DNA of 64,000 nucleotides, from contig NC_134035.1 of NCBI RefSeq assembly GCF_964204645.1, positions 6,843,101 to 6,907,100 on the forward strand, written 5' to 3'. The DNA is from Tubulanus polymorphus (taxonomy: Eukaryota > Animalia > Nemertea). Positions 1-12,300 of the stretch are shown piece by piece (position 1 is the stretch's first letter; each line of letters opens with the position of its first letter). The notes below the pieces were generated by a model. It saw nothing but the letters and a program-made list of their open reading frames with translations, was not told the DNA's origin and made no database searches. A program made the translations under genes and the position numbers.

Positions 1-158
1 TTTTCAGGAATAAAATCGAACTAGACAAATAGACCTTTAAGTCTGTGGTCCCCCATATCAACATTGTCATAGAAGATTTGCCGGCAGATGTAAAACATTA
101 TAACCACTTAATACCTCAGTATAATCTACCAATGCTTCAAGGCCCACGGGCCTCTTGT
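1..158. mobile_element. End of a Helentron-type non-autonomous repeat (second copy at about 7417-7579)
   Basis: 1-158 is near-identical to 7417-7579; both end in the palindrome AGGCCCAYGGGCCT followed by CTTRTT, typical of Helentron-associated elements. Confidence 0.6.
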
Positions 159-159
159 T

Positions 160-1075
160 TGCAAATTTTGTGTTGTCGATGATGCGGCCGCATGGACACT
201 CTGCGTACTTAAGCACGTAATAATCATGCAACGTGCTACTATGCCTGTGGTCACAAGTTCATGGCATTGGACACTGGTTACAGATTCCATATCAGACGAG
301 ATATTTAGCGATTCCATTCTTTCGCCGATATTATTTAGCTGCTCGGTAAAGCCCTACATGAACAGTGTTAGATCCAATTTCTCTCTAAACGACGCAGGGA
401 GTTTACATTCGGTGATCGGAGTAATGAACGCTGAGCATTCAGCTGAGTCTACTCCAAGATTTTGTAACGATCGGATATCGGCGTTGACTTAATTATAAAA
501 CTCGCTAATCTGAATTCGTTCATGGGCGCTATGATAGCTAGCAAGCTATTTAGCTAGCGACCCGAGGTTCCCATCTGATGCATATATCCCTTGGACTGCT
601 TCCACCGCATTACCTGACAGCTGACCCATGATGTAGTTAGATTTGGTGATATCAGCATAGGGTCCGTTTAATATATCCACTACCATAGCGTGCCAAAAGG
701 CTGACCATTCGGAAAAGATTACGTCGAAAACGAGCTTCAACTTCCGCAGTTGAGCTGTTTGTTGCATTCAGAAGTGGTCGGTTTTGCCTCATCGGTTATA
801 GATCCGGAGGTTAAGCTGTATTGAAATTTCTTGAACTTCAACAATTTCAATCGCTCTTGATTTGATTGAGAGTTCAGCTTTAAACTCGACTGGCTGTTCT
901 TCCTGCCTCCAGTTTGTCTGTTCCCACTCTTGGTACGCAGATTTCATCCCTGCAAGACCGACTTCGATTAGTACAGGGATGAAAATCTTCTGACCATAGA
1001 CGGATTTCCGACCGTTTCTGACATTTTCTTTATTCCTGAGAACAGTGTAAATCACCTCAATCGCTTTAATTATAG
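160..1075 (-). pseudogene. BEL/Pao retrotransposon gag relic (DUF1759-like)
   Basis: ORF 546-767 has LRKLKL..F...SEWSAFW....DITKSNYIMGQLSGNAVEAVQG; the minus strand near 380-490 reads IRSLQNLGVDSAECSAFITPITECKLP, a Pao gag motif. Frameshifted. Confidence 0.7.
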
Positions 1076-2757
1076 CAACTTGTTGTTTTGTTTAGAAATG
1101 TATTTGTTAGTCGTGTTTGTAAAGTAATTAGTCATATGTTCTTTCTGTCTTTGTTTATGGCATGTTGTTGCTCAAATTGTCTACTCACTGTCTGTCACCT
1201 TTGTTTTTCATACCTAAGTTTTTGTTACTATGCAAATAGTATATATATAGATGGAATATATATATATAGATATAAGAGTCAGTTGAAACAGAATGAGGGA
1301 CACAACACACACTTTTAGTTGGCAGTTTGTACTGAGCAGTTGTTGTTGCGGTCGGTCAGAAGCCGACCAAGCATTTGAATAAAAGATTTTATCAAGATGG
1401 AATTGATGACTTTGGATTTATTTTGACGAGCTAGTTCCCGAGTGCACTGAAAATTCCAGTTGTTACATAATCATCTAAATCGCGGGCGTCACATCGGAGC
1501 GCTCCGTAGTTAGGAGTGCTCCTTAAGACGGTTTTCGGCAGTTGTTATCGCTACTGTGGAGTCGGAGAAACCAATATGGCATCTCATTCAAAAAGCGGTC
1601 CAATTCAGGCCCAAACTATTAACATTTTGACCAAAAGGAAGTAAGTTTTTTGGCTAAAAGTTACTGATTTTTGTTCCCCAAAAAAATTCTTTTTTTTTGA
1701 AAATATTTTCTGACTTTTTCTATATGGGCAGTTTTCATCCCTGTTAGTAACAGCTCTTCGGAGATATGAGAAACTTGTTCCATGATTTTCTCGGCAATAT
1801 TCCACTGCTCGTCGAATCCCTCTTTAAACGTGGTTGTTTTTATCTCGGGCAAAGCCCGAGATGTTGTAATGGGTCCAAAAATCGAAATGTTGGAAATGGA
1901 ATTTTGAATATCGCGTACATTTAAGAGAAATCGACGAATTTGTGGCGATTTTTCAAGAAATTTCAAGGAGCATTTTGTTTCATAAAACGGCTAGAAGGCC
2001 GACCTACAACGTTACATTGAAGTAAAATAACTGCTCCCTGCGTTAGGCTGAGCTCCCGCTGTCAATCAATATAAGGGCATATTCGATTGACGCAGACAAA
2101 CCAAGAGCATAAGAGTAGCGTACATCATAGAAAGATATTTGGACCAAATGAAATGTACGATATAAACAATTCTACGATATATAAAATGACAGTCAATTGT
2201 CAACTCACATAATCATGTATATCTTTAACAAAAAGATATACATGTATGTCTAAGGAGGGCATAAAGTGGAAAAAAAATCACTAATGCATTTTTGTTTGAC
2301 AATCATCATCGTCATCGTCGTTGTCATGAAAGGAATGCACAGTTGATCTATATCTATTGTCAGCCCATCTATTGTCAGCCCGGTATATAAGGCGATGGCG
2401 AGTGAGACTCGCTCTCTCTCCAGGCAGGCGGTCTCGGCACAGATATCATGTAACAGCTGGGGTGTCGTAATTATATCTTTAATTATACTCTTACCTAACG
2501 TAATAAACTTTTCGATTCTAATTCTGTTGTTTGCTTTTGTAAATCGGGATATTTCCACAGTTGTGCCAGGTTTCCCGTGACAGTCGTCATCATCATCACA
2601 AAAGGGAGGACAGCTATCTGAGTTTGCTTAACTTATTTATGTACCCAGGCTTTATCATGGTGAAATAAGCCATTATTGATGTATTTTCTTCATACATAAT
2701 TCCGTTCAAAACAGAAACTGGAAAACTGCCTCCTACATTGTTTCAACAGTAAACAAT

Positions 2758-2900
2758 TTAATATACATGTACCTTTGGTTTGGACTTTGATCCACCAGGG
2801 TAGAAAGGGGCTGCTTTCAAAAACTCCTTAATTGCATCATTAATTTGCTCCTCTGTGGAGTTTAATTTTTGCAAATGATTAAGTAAAAATTCTATTTGGG
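2758..2900 (-). pseudogene. Orphan C-terminal exon of a DUF4806-like transposon accessory gene
   Basis: INDAIKEFLKAAPFYPGGSKSK resembles the terminal exon IRDAIATYLRYAPDRRGGGGRK at 19660-19766. Confidence 0.45.
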
Positions 2901-3588
2901 GTTGCCAAACAAAATAATCGAATATCATTAACATCATGTAAAACAAGCCATAGGCTACAATGGTTGGTTCACGGCAAACACTTCGAAAATACCATGTGTT
3001 AGTTCCAATTGGTTTTTGGATATACAGTCATATCTCGATAGACCGCCAACATTGGGGATTCATGATTTTGGCGGTATAGAGAGTATGGCGGTGTATCGGG
3101 GTATTTATTACAAGCGTTCCTGAACCATCATTTCATCCTACCCCGGGCAGGGATTCAAACCTGAGGGCGTATCGGCACAAGCTTTTTCTTTTACGGATAG
3201 AGATATAGGCGTCGGTGCCATTTTTAGCATTGGTTGACGTCTATGATGTCATGCCAATGCGAGTAAAATGGATCGAAAATAGTAGTACAAAAAATAGCGC
3301 CGACTCTTCTCATTTTCATAGTAACTTCAAATTGTTACTCCGTTCACGTAAAACATTAGAAACAGCTGAAAATGACAAAAAAAAATGTTTCAATTATTCC
3401 CCACAACATAGCGTCGCCAGATTTCTGATTTAATGGTCCAAAAAGTTATTCGATCGCATTTTTCTCGTTCATTATTTGGTAGATGAATTCTCAGCGTCAG
3501 AATACGTATTTCTAGAGCAGTGGAACGGCAGCCTACTCGTGACTGAAACCCGTATGTGATCGTGCGGGAACGCCTTTACTAAAGTTAA

Positions 3589-6412
3589 CACGTTGACTGC
3601 CATCTACGAGATATCTCGTAGTAGCAGGTGTACCGCTCCTTGCCACTACGAGATATCTCGTAGTAAGCCCGGAGTGAATGAATTTTTTCTGTTTGGCAAT
3701 GTGGATAACAACATAAATCGAAGTCTGGCAACTCAGATAAACAAGTAATTTTTAAAAAATCAATAACTAACTTTTTTTATCAATTCTTTATTTATTTATG
3801 AACATCTAAAAAATCAAATTATATTACGTGATTATTTTCACATCAAAGTTTATGAGGCATCAAACGCTTATCAAATACCTTTCCTAATTGAAAAGAAATG
3901 ATTCACCTCACTATGAATCGATAATAAACATAGAACGATAGAAATTATAGCATTGTTGTCATGGCATATCTTTAGTTTTGTACATGGTATCTCCTGAAAC
4001 AAGGGGTTACACATAATGCTGGTTTTCCAGGACAGACATCACAAACGTAACGTGTTTCTTTGCGGTTACCATCTCTTCTGCAAATGCGACATGGCTTTGT
4101 GGGGTATTGCTTTCTATCTGATGGGGGAACACATGCAAGATAGTGAAATGCTGCTGGAACATCTGGGTTTAGGGGAGGGGGAACTAATGCAACTGGTGCC
4201 AAGGCGGGGATATCGCTAAGCAAATGTTTGACGATGGCTTCACGGAAAGCTAATATCTGAATTGAGTCATTTGCATCATTGTACATCATATGTGCATTGA
4301 CAATGCTCATTTCTAGTATGTGCAAACCAATCTTTTTATACCAACGCAGTGTTTTGCGCAATGCAGAGTGATATGACATCATTTGATCGGCTCGGTCAAT
4401 ACCGGACATGCCAAGATTATAATCCCTAATGATATTAGGTTTCTTGGTAATCTTTCCATTTCGGTTTGGAACGTCCAGCATTTCTACCCGGTGCATATTA
4501 CTGATTGTCAAAACATCTCGTTTATCCTTCCATTTACAAACAACAACCGAGTCCGACCTTTTCCATGTGTGCTCACCTTTTTTGAGCTTTTTAGTTGTTA
4601 CCTCTAAGGGGTTTTCCTTACGATCGGTACGCAGTGTCCCACAACTATATGTCCGTTTTCCAGTCATATATTTGACCAATGACACAGAATTGTAAAAGTT
4701 GTCTGTATAGACAATATGCCCTTTATCAAGGAACCTTTCCATGAGATGGAGAACAATGGCTCCTGACTGGCCTAGGTTTTGGTATCAGGAACTGCTTTTC
4801 CAGAATATATGTGAATTCTTAGAACCATGCCACGAGACTCGCAAAGCTCATAGAATTTTACACCATATTTATGTTTTTTGTTTTTTATATATTGCCTGAA
4901 CACAAGGCGGCCCCGCCAGAGAACCATTGACTCATCAATCATCAAGTGATAACGATTGCCCTGGATAATAAACCCGATCCATCCTATTATTGAAGTTTTC
5001 CAATAAAGGTCGGATCTTGTAAAGTCGATCGTCAGGTTGAACTTGGTTGTTGTTTGCAAAGTGCCAGAAACGTAACAATAATTGGAATCTATTTCTGCTC
5101 GTGACACGACCAAACAGTTTTATACAGTATAGACTGATTCCAGTAATGTTCAATTGTCGGCATTCCGTTAGGGCCCATATGAAAGAGGAGTCCAAGAAAC
5201 CATTTCATTTCAGCAGCATCTGAATCTCTCCATGCATGGAGACGTGACTCTCTACGTAGTGGGCGATTTCTGTTGATTTCCTCCTGCGCATATCTATTAT
5301 TAGTTTCTTCAACCATGAGATCTATTAGTTCTGGAGTCACCAATAGATCAAAATAACTTCCTGGCTTTTCAGGATTGCGGACAGCAGTACGCAAACCAAC
5401 GACTTCATTGAAAGGAAAGTCCGGCGGATTTGCAGGAACAGCAGACCAAACATGAACAGCAGCAGGTGGTGCAGCAGCAGGTTGCTGCACATTTTGAACG
5501 ACTGGCTGTGCTGCAGCAGCAGGTTGCTGCACATTTTGAACGACTGGCTGTGCATTTTGTCTACAGGGTGCTGTTGGAGGTTGACCTCGACCCCACCTCT
5601 GGTCTGAACACCGCGGCCTCTAGGCCTATTACTGCCCCTAGTCCGAGCTCCACGGACTACGGTACCTACAGCGATTGCTGTTGGTGGATGCACTGAGGGT
5701 TAAATACCCCGACCTCTAGTACTGCCCCTAGCTCTAGCTCCACGGCCTCGAAATACTGGCCTACCACGTGGTGATGAGAGTTCATCATTCTCGGACGATG
5801 ATGAGGGATCTTCTGACGACAAATTGGGATCCCCTTCAGAGGCAGAATCCAATTCAGAACTTTGATTATTTACATTATAGTCACTATCATTCATGCTATC
5901 GTCTATTTCTGAATTACCTGACTGGCTTATATCCATTTCATCAGATACATTGTCTACATTATCGGACAACATTACAAGACCAGCGACATCGGCAGCGACA
6001 GACAAACGCGCCATTTTCACCATGTGCTTAGCCACGTGCAGCGTTTCCGGTCCAAAGGGGACAGTAGTAGCTGGTATAGAGATGAAAAACGGTTTGGAAT
6101 ATGTATCGTAGCTGGCAATGGGGGAGAGATATTTATTTCCACTGCCAGCTACGAGACTCGTCGTTGGCAGTGGGGGTAAACTTTTTATACCGGTTGCCAA
6201 CTACGAGTCTCGTAGCTGGCAACTGGTATAAAACGTTTACCCCCACTGCCAACTACGAGACTCGATTCAACTCTGTTTTCACCATACAATAGGTGTAATA
6301 CATGCATTAAATGCAATAAAAATCAATATATGTGGTTTCCGCCTACTTTTCGTTGATTGGTGAAATTGGCAATGTTGAGAAAAAAAAAATTTTTTGAGTG
6401 GCAGTCAACGTG
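3589..6412 (-). mobile_element. Full-length piggyBac DNA transposon, 2824 bp
   Basis: TTAA at 3585-3588 and 6413-6416; perfect 14-bp TIRs CACGTTGACTGCCA / TGGCAGTCAACGTG; subterminal CTACGAG..CTCGTAG palindromes at both ends. Confidence 0.95.
3972..6024 (-). pseudogene. piggyBac (PGBD4-like) transposase with a nonsense codon and several frameshifts
   Basis: ORF pieces 5700-6200, 5337-5693, 5089-5532, 4935-5195, 4772-5113 and 3972-4742 carry DESM, YTDNFY and GIDRADQ (DDD triad) and the C-terminal Cys-rich domain CRIC..ETRYVCDVC..LCVTPCF..YH. Confidence 0.92.
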
Positions 6413-6858
6413 TTAAAACTATTTCATGATGACACGAAACATCAAACGGTAAACGGTATGCTACCACCATGATACGATATCACCAATAAAGATAGATCAT
6501 TTTATTCAATTTTACCAGAGTTGTTTATTGGAGGAAAATATCATTGTTAAGTACGCCGAGAACAACCATGTTGTATTATCAATCAGTTGACTGACATTGT
6601 AAAATTCGATTCGGCTATATTCTAATATTAGTTTTCTTTTTAGGACGCCCTTCCCGCCTGCTGCGCACTCATAAGGCGGTAGTACCCTCTTACGCACTCG
6701 GCAGAGATTCGCTTTGTAATGCGCGCCGGGAAAAAATACCTTTTATTATCTTTTCCATGCGTTAAACAACAGTGATTGAATTTACGCGTTGTTTGTCGTA
6801 AATTACAATATTGCGATGGTTATTTGCCGCTGCTGTAGTTTTTTGGAATTGAATCGAG

Positions 6859-7085
6859 CGGCCTCGGTAGCTCAGTGAAATAAGGCATGATGCTATTGAA
6901 TCCACTATCAATGCTGAGTGACAAGTGGGTTCGAGTCCTGCTGGCTGCGAACAGTGTGCGGGCAACACTTCAAAGGCCGTACCGTCGTGAGGTTAAATGA
7001 ACAATCCAATAGGAATAGTCTCGGGAAACCAAGATCCAAACGACGTATGTAAAGCCAAACAAACAAAAAGACTAACAAACAATCA
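6859..7085 (+). mobile_element. tRNA-derived SINE-like element
   Basis: A-box-like TAGCTCAGTG near 6868, B-box GGTTCGAGTCC near 6928, (AAAC)n-like tail near 7055-7083. Confidence 0.5.
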
Positions 7086-7416
7086 TCAGCCGGCCTCAGT
7101 GACACCAATGCTGGCATCGCTCTCTGCGACGTTTTGCATGCGTACATGCATCAGAGCTTGGAGCTCTAAGATCAGAGGGTCTTGCAATTGCATTCAGAAA
7201 AATCGTTCTGTCTTTTTTTTCATTATTCAGTGGGGCCTAACAGTTCATGCGTAAAATGGGTTTTTGTATCCAAATCTTGATTGATATAAATATCTTGACT
7301 GGGAAATGATGGTAAACATCAGAATAAATTAGTTTTGTCTTTTTAACAGAATCACATTAATGAGGTTTAACAGTACAAATAGCCTAGGCTAAATCGTTCG
7401 GCAGAAAATAAATTCA

Positions 7417-7579
7417 TTTTCAGGAATAAAATCGTACTAGACAAATAGACCTTTAAGTCTGTCTGTGGTCCTCCCAATCAACATTGTCATAGAAGATTTG
7501 CCGGCAGATGTAAAACATTATAACCACTTAATGCCACAGTATAATCTACCAATGCTTCAAGGCCCATGGGCCTCTTATT
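7417..7579. repeat. Second copy of the Helentron-type end seen at 1-158
   Basis: Direct near-identity to 1-158. Confidence 0.75.
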
Positions 7580-7694
7580 CCTAATTATAATGATGCACTA
7601 TTAGTTCAGATGGCATATCGGCATCCATCCTCGCTTGCCAGGGGTCCGCTATCGCTCCTGAACTCACTTCCACCACCCCTCTGGCTTCACGACA

Positions 7695-7950
7695 CGCAAT
7701 TTCATTACTGGCGCTTTTGCGCATGACGTCATATATCAGACACTCGACAATACTTCAAAGTTTGCTACGTGTTTGCTGATTGGTCTATTTACTGGGAAAT
7801 TCCATAGAAGCCTTATGTCGTTTGTTACAATCGCTGTGATTGGCCTGACCTGATTCTGGTCGGCTCGACTCCCAACGACTCGTGAGGTCAAGGGGTTCAG
7901 GAAACGGCTTTAGCTAAGTGGGTTCGAATCCCTTGACGGGTGAAGATGAT
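7695..7950 (+). repeat. Interspersed repeat also present at about 34438-34650
   Basis: Shared TTTCATTACTGGCGCTTTTGCGCATGAC...GGGTTCGAATCCCTTGACGGGTGAAGATGAT. Confidence 0.75.
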
Positions 7951-8179
7951 CGGCATCAGGGCATTCAAGCCACAGCACCATCTATCACTACTCTACTTGT
8001 TAATGTGTTTCTGTACCTACCTATCTTACTCGTAGATTGTACCATAGAACTAGTCCAGCAGCCGTGGCAGTTTAGATGGATTTCTCTGTTACAGTTTTTT
8101 TCTATGTTGATTATTCATTTATAGGATGTCTGTGATGAAGTCCAAGTGGGTGTAGGGTCGTCACCCTTGGGCAATTCCA

Positions 8180-8515
8180 GAAATCCAAGATGGCCACCGA
8201 CCAATGCAGCCACAGTAACTCATTAACAGATGCATTCCACCTAATCTCAAATAATAGTTCCTGAACATGGCTGGATTCTCCCAGGTGATATGTACGGCAA
8301 TGCGATACAGTTGCTGGTCAGCTGTAAATACAACAAACTCTTGGCCGGCATTATGTGATACATCTTTTGCCACAAGCAATGCTGTCATCATTGTCGCAGG
8401 TTCTGCTGGCGGGCTGTCTACAAGCGGAAGGTACACCACTCTTGTTTTTGGTTTCATTGGCCTTGCTCTCGACACAATCTGGTGTTGTAACCATTAAACT
8501 CGGGGCACGCCTTGC
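8180..8515 (-). pseudogene. DNA transposase fragment, probably Academ-type
   Basis: Motifs PEFNGYN...YLPLVDSPPAEPATM...FTADQQLY...RLGGMHLLMSYCGCIG. The superfamily is recalled from motif similarity, not searched. Confidence 0.6.
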
Positions 8516-8519
8516 TGCT

Positions 8520-9845
8520 CAGGATATCTTGGAAAAAGGCAAAATCAGGGCGACGCGTCATTTTATAATAAGTTTTCTCAGAGATAGCCGTTATGTCCGC
8601 ACCCGTATCGATCTTAAACTGGATATCCTGGCTTTTCAGATTTAGTTTGACCGACCAAGGACTGCTGGAACTACCAATGATTTCACCTAGGAAGGAATCA
8701 ACATCTTCCTCTACCGAGTGTTAACTCCTACCGGGTTTCAGCTTCCCCGATAGGCACACAGCAGCAAAATGTCCTTTCTTTGAACTTTGTCGGCGTGTTG
8801 CATCCTTTGCCGGGCAACGCATACAGTCGTGGTTCGGTTTGCGACCACACCAGGAACATAATGAATCGTTCGAATAACACATTTTTGATTTCTCGGGCTG
8901 TGACGCACTGTTTGGTCTGAACCGGGCCTTCCCTGATTTGTTAGGGTTTTGAAATCGCTTATGACGAGCTTCAATCTCTTCCACATCACTGTTAGATGCA
9001 GAACCACCATTTCTGATGGCTTGTTGCTGTATCTTTACTGACTCACTCACTCGCGCGATGTTTACAGCCTTTAGTAAGGTGAGCTCATTGTTCATCTGTA
9101 GTCGTTCGGAGAGTTTCTCATCCTGTAGTCCAACAACGATGCGGTCCTGTATCATCTCCTCCCGCAGAGCACCATAATTACAGTGTTCAGCGAGACCGTA
9201 TAGTGCTGTGATGAAAGAATCGACTGGCTCACCCGACAACTGAATCCTACGATTGAATTTGGTTCTTTCATATATGATGTTTCGACGGACAATAAAATGT
9301 CCTTCAAACTTCGCTTTGACTGTTGGTAAGTCAGATAAATGTTGTTCAGTAAGGTCGAAGCTAGGTAAGATTTCATCAGCCTTTTCACCCATGCTGTAAA
9401 TCAGTGTATTTACCTGGGTAGCCACATCCTTTGTTGACAGGCCTGATGCTATACTGAACCTATCAAATCTCTGGAGCCATTTCGGCCATTCTGTAGGCTT
9501 AGAAAAATCAAATGGTTCTGGTGGCGCGATCTGAAACGAGGCCATCATTCGCTGTATATCCTTATACACGTGTAGTGTAGTCATGTACTTAGCTGTATCG
9601 TTTTAAGGAAGGTCCACGTCACGAGTCTGTCTCTGCTGACGTTGCTGGTCTTTCAGCTGAGCGAGACTATTTATCTTTTTGGCTGACAGAAATGCATCCC
9701 ACTTCTGACACCAAGTTGTGTTATGGATTCCTTTAGCTACGACATATGGACGACCAACTCTATAATCGCCATATTATAAAACAGTATTTTCTATCAAACT
9801 CCACCAGAGGGCGCCATGCCCTGGTACAATATATTTAGCTTACAC
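8520..9845 (-). mobile_element. 5' fragment of a Ty3/Gypsy LTR retrotransposon (short LTR, PBS, gag, protease)
   Basis: PBS TGGTGTCAGAAGTGGG (tRNA-Leu type) at 9698-9713 on the minus strand; gag ORF 8721-9584; protease motif FKIDTGADITAISE near 8575-8620; LTR-like segment about 9717-9844. Confidence 0.85.
8721..9548 (-). CDS. Gypsy gag with degenerate zinc knuckles
   Basis: PPEPFDFSKPTEWPKWLQRF...ERTKFNRRIQ..GEPVDSFITAL..LAEHCNYG..EEMIQDRIVVG...CSWCG..H....CPA...KKGHFAAVC. Confidence 0.85.
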   Translation of the reverse strand: MMASFQIAPPEPFDFSKPTEWPKWLQRFDRFSIASGLSTKDVATQVNTLIYSMGEKADEILPSFDLTEQHLSDLPTVKAKFEGHFIVRRNIIYERTKFNRRIQLSGEPVDSFITALYGLAEHCNYGALREEMIQDRIVVGLQDEKLSERLQMNNELTLLKAVNIARVSESVKIQQQAIRNGGSASNSDVEEIEARHKRFQNPNKSGKARFRPNSASQPEKSKMCYSNDSLCSWCGRKPNHDCMRCPAKDATRRQSSKKGHFAAVCLSGKLKPGRS

Positions 9846-12300
9846 TACAGACGGATGGGAAGTTTTTTCAATGGGCTGCAATATCAATGCCTTCCTTGAT
9901 TGATCCATGGAATATGAACTGGAAGGCTGTTGTGACTGGAAACCTAAAAAAAAAGAATTTTTTTGTCAAATTTGTATTAGGAATCATCAGAATGAATACA
10001 AAAATAATAGCAGGTCATGCACTATTGGATATAGATGATTTCTTTTGCAATGATGGTGGTATTATCAGCGAATCTGTGAAATAAAAATATGTACAATAAC
10101 TAAACAAGACACACATATACATACAAGTGCTTGAAACCAACATTGAGTAGGTTTATTATCAATAATTGTCAAGAAACAATATGATGTAAGAATAAGATAT
10201 ATATTCACCTGTTGAGTGCAGATCCTTTTCGTTCTGACCAGTTGAGGCGGTGGTTTCGGTAAAACTGGCTTCTCTGACATAATTTCAAAAAAGAAAATAC
10301 TTCAGCACAAGTATAAGCTGTGTTTTGTATGTTAACAAACTATCAAGCCTCTACTTTTTCTTATGATTCATTGCGCTAATTTTCTTAATCATCAGGTTTG
10401 AAAAAATAAAGCCAAAAAAATAAAATCAATAGCAATTTATACATGGCAATCTCAGCTAATTTCAAGATCATCTCAGAACAAATCTCCCAAAGCTAATCAC
10501 TTCAATCATATCATAACTCCTTCGATTTAACAACAAAGCACGGGGAAAACTTAGTTCACTCACCAGAAGTACTGAAGGCAAGGCAGATGAATCTATTTCT
10601 GGATCACAGTCATTATCTTCATCAGAGGTGGCTATGAACCTTGGCGGAAGCTTTCTTTTACGCTTCATCTTGTGCACAATCGATTCATCTATTTCACTAT
10701 CATCTAAATTTGATGTTAGTTCACTTCATTGAAGCTGAATTTCAGCTTTCTCAAAATTATCCAAATAATTATGAGAATATCTTTTTATAGTTGTACATTC
10801 ATCATAGTGAAAATATTTAATTCTCTCCATCCTTGGAGCAGAAATTCATGTTATGTTCACCAATCGAACAAAACCAACCAGCATTATATGAATTCAAAAA
10901 GTTGCCACGTAAATACCTGTACCAAGTGATAACTTGTGAAGCAAAAGACAGTTGTAAGCAACGTGATAAGTGCTGATGAATAAGAGATTAGTTACCTCGA
11001 TTAAATTAGACACTGGTCAAATTAGCTGGAACAGTTCCTAAGGGTTATCTAAATTATAGACTGATGAAAGTCTTAAGTAAACTGTTACATACCAGTATAG
11101 GACAACACCTTTATTTCAAATTTTCCCCATGTTTTTTGTCAGGTTCGACCATTTTCATTGCTTTCCTTGTTGGATCTGTATAAGGCCAGTACGCACACAG
11201 TTGCTGATTCATGAAAGATATGGGATATAAAATTTAACATGTAAAATAAAGTGTAAACCGGTATTGAAAATTTTCAATCTGAAAATGGTTCTAGGGACCC
11301 TGGGTATTCATCGCAACGTTTTAAAACACTTGCAGCTAATCATTACATAAAACAGCGGGAATACAAAACTCACATCATTCTCTCCATTCTCTTCTATCCA
11401 CAAGCGATACGCTATCCCCACTGTGTCATCGACCAAAAATGGATGACAGTGAAAGCTACGACTGCACTGAAAGATTTTTTTATGGAGCCTTGAAGTAACA
11501 TTACGAACTACGTTTTACAAATTATAGTTACAATGGAGGGCTTTAAACTTCCCTAAATAATTGGATTCCATCTATGGACAGCAGACAAAAAGTGAGTCTC
11601 GCAGTAGCCCGCTAGGACTTAAGTCCCAATTGAGCTATCATTCTTGAATTCTTGGGAAGCCTGTTGGACAAAGTAAGTCAGTAATGATTCCGCATAAATC
11701 AATATGCTCCTGAGAAAGTGTTCGTGAAACTAAAATGAGCAGGGCAACTGATAAGCACAGAAAGTAAGTGATTCATTATATCTTCACAAAGTATGTTCCT
11801 CAATACGACTGGGCCTGTATACAGCAAGAACTGGCAATACTCGGATTCTGATGCAGTGTGCAACGTTGGCTTTGTAATAAATCTTAAACATTGTCATCTC
11901 ACCTGAAATTTATGGCATCAAGTAGTTGGGACTGAAGTAGCACTGCAATAAATGCAGCATAATTCTGGTATGTACACAAAGGAAGCCTCAAAGCTCTCAT
12001 AGTTAGAAGGTCAACTGGAACGTTTTGCATAATGGTGCGACGACAATCAACTTTATATGTCAAGGCTAAACGGGAGTCACATGGACTATCAAACAGAAAG
12101 GTTGGCTGTTCATACAGCCGGCAATGCAACTTCATATCAGCAACACGATTGATAATAACAGCCATGCATACACCATCATGTATAAAACAATCACCTGCCA
12201 TAATCTTTGACTTTGCAGTGGCTCTATTAATTGGAATGTCCTCACCTTCACTGAGCCGTTTGATTATTTGACTTAGAGGAAAATTAGCTGATCTTATCAT

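Noticed and set aside
1081-1467. Solo LTR (TG...ACA with AATAAA)
   Set aside because: No TSD, PBS, PPT or second copy found; insufficient support.
5430-6111. Gln-rich and Ser-rich plus-strand ORFs
   Set aside because: Antisense shadows of the low-complexity piggyBac N-terminus.
6859-6950. tRNA gene
   Set aside because: A and B boxes are present but no clean cloverleaf; a simple-repeat tail follows, so a SINE head fits better. Same for 14770-14830 and 28880-28955.
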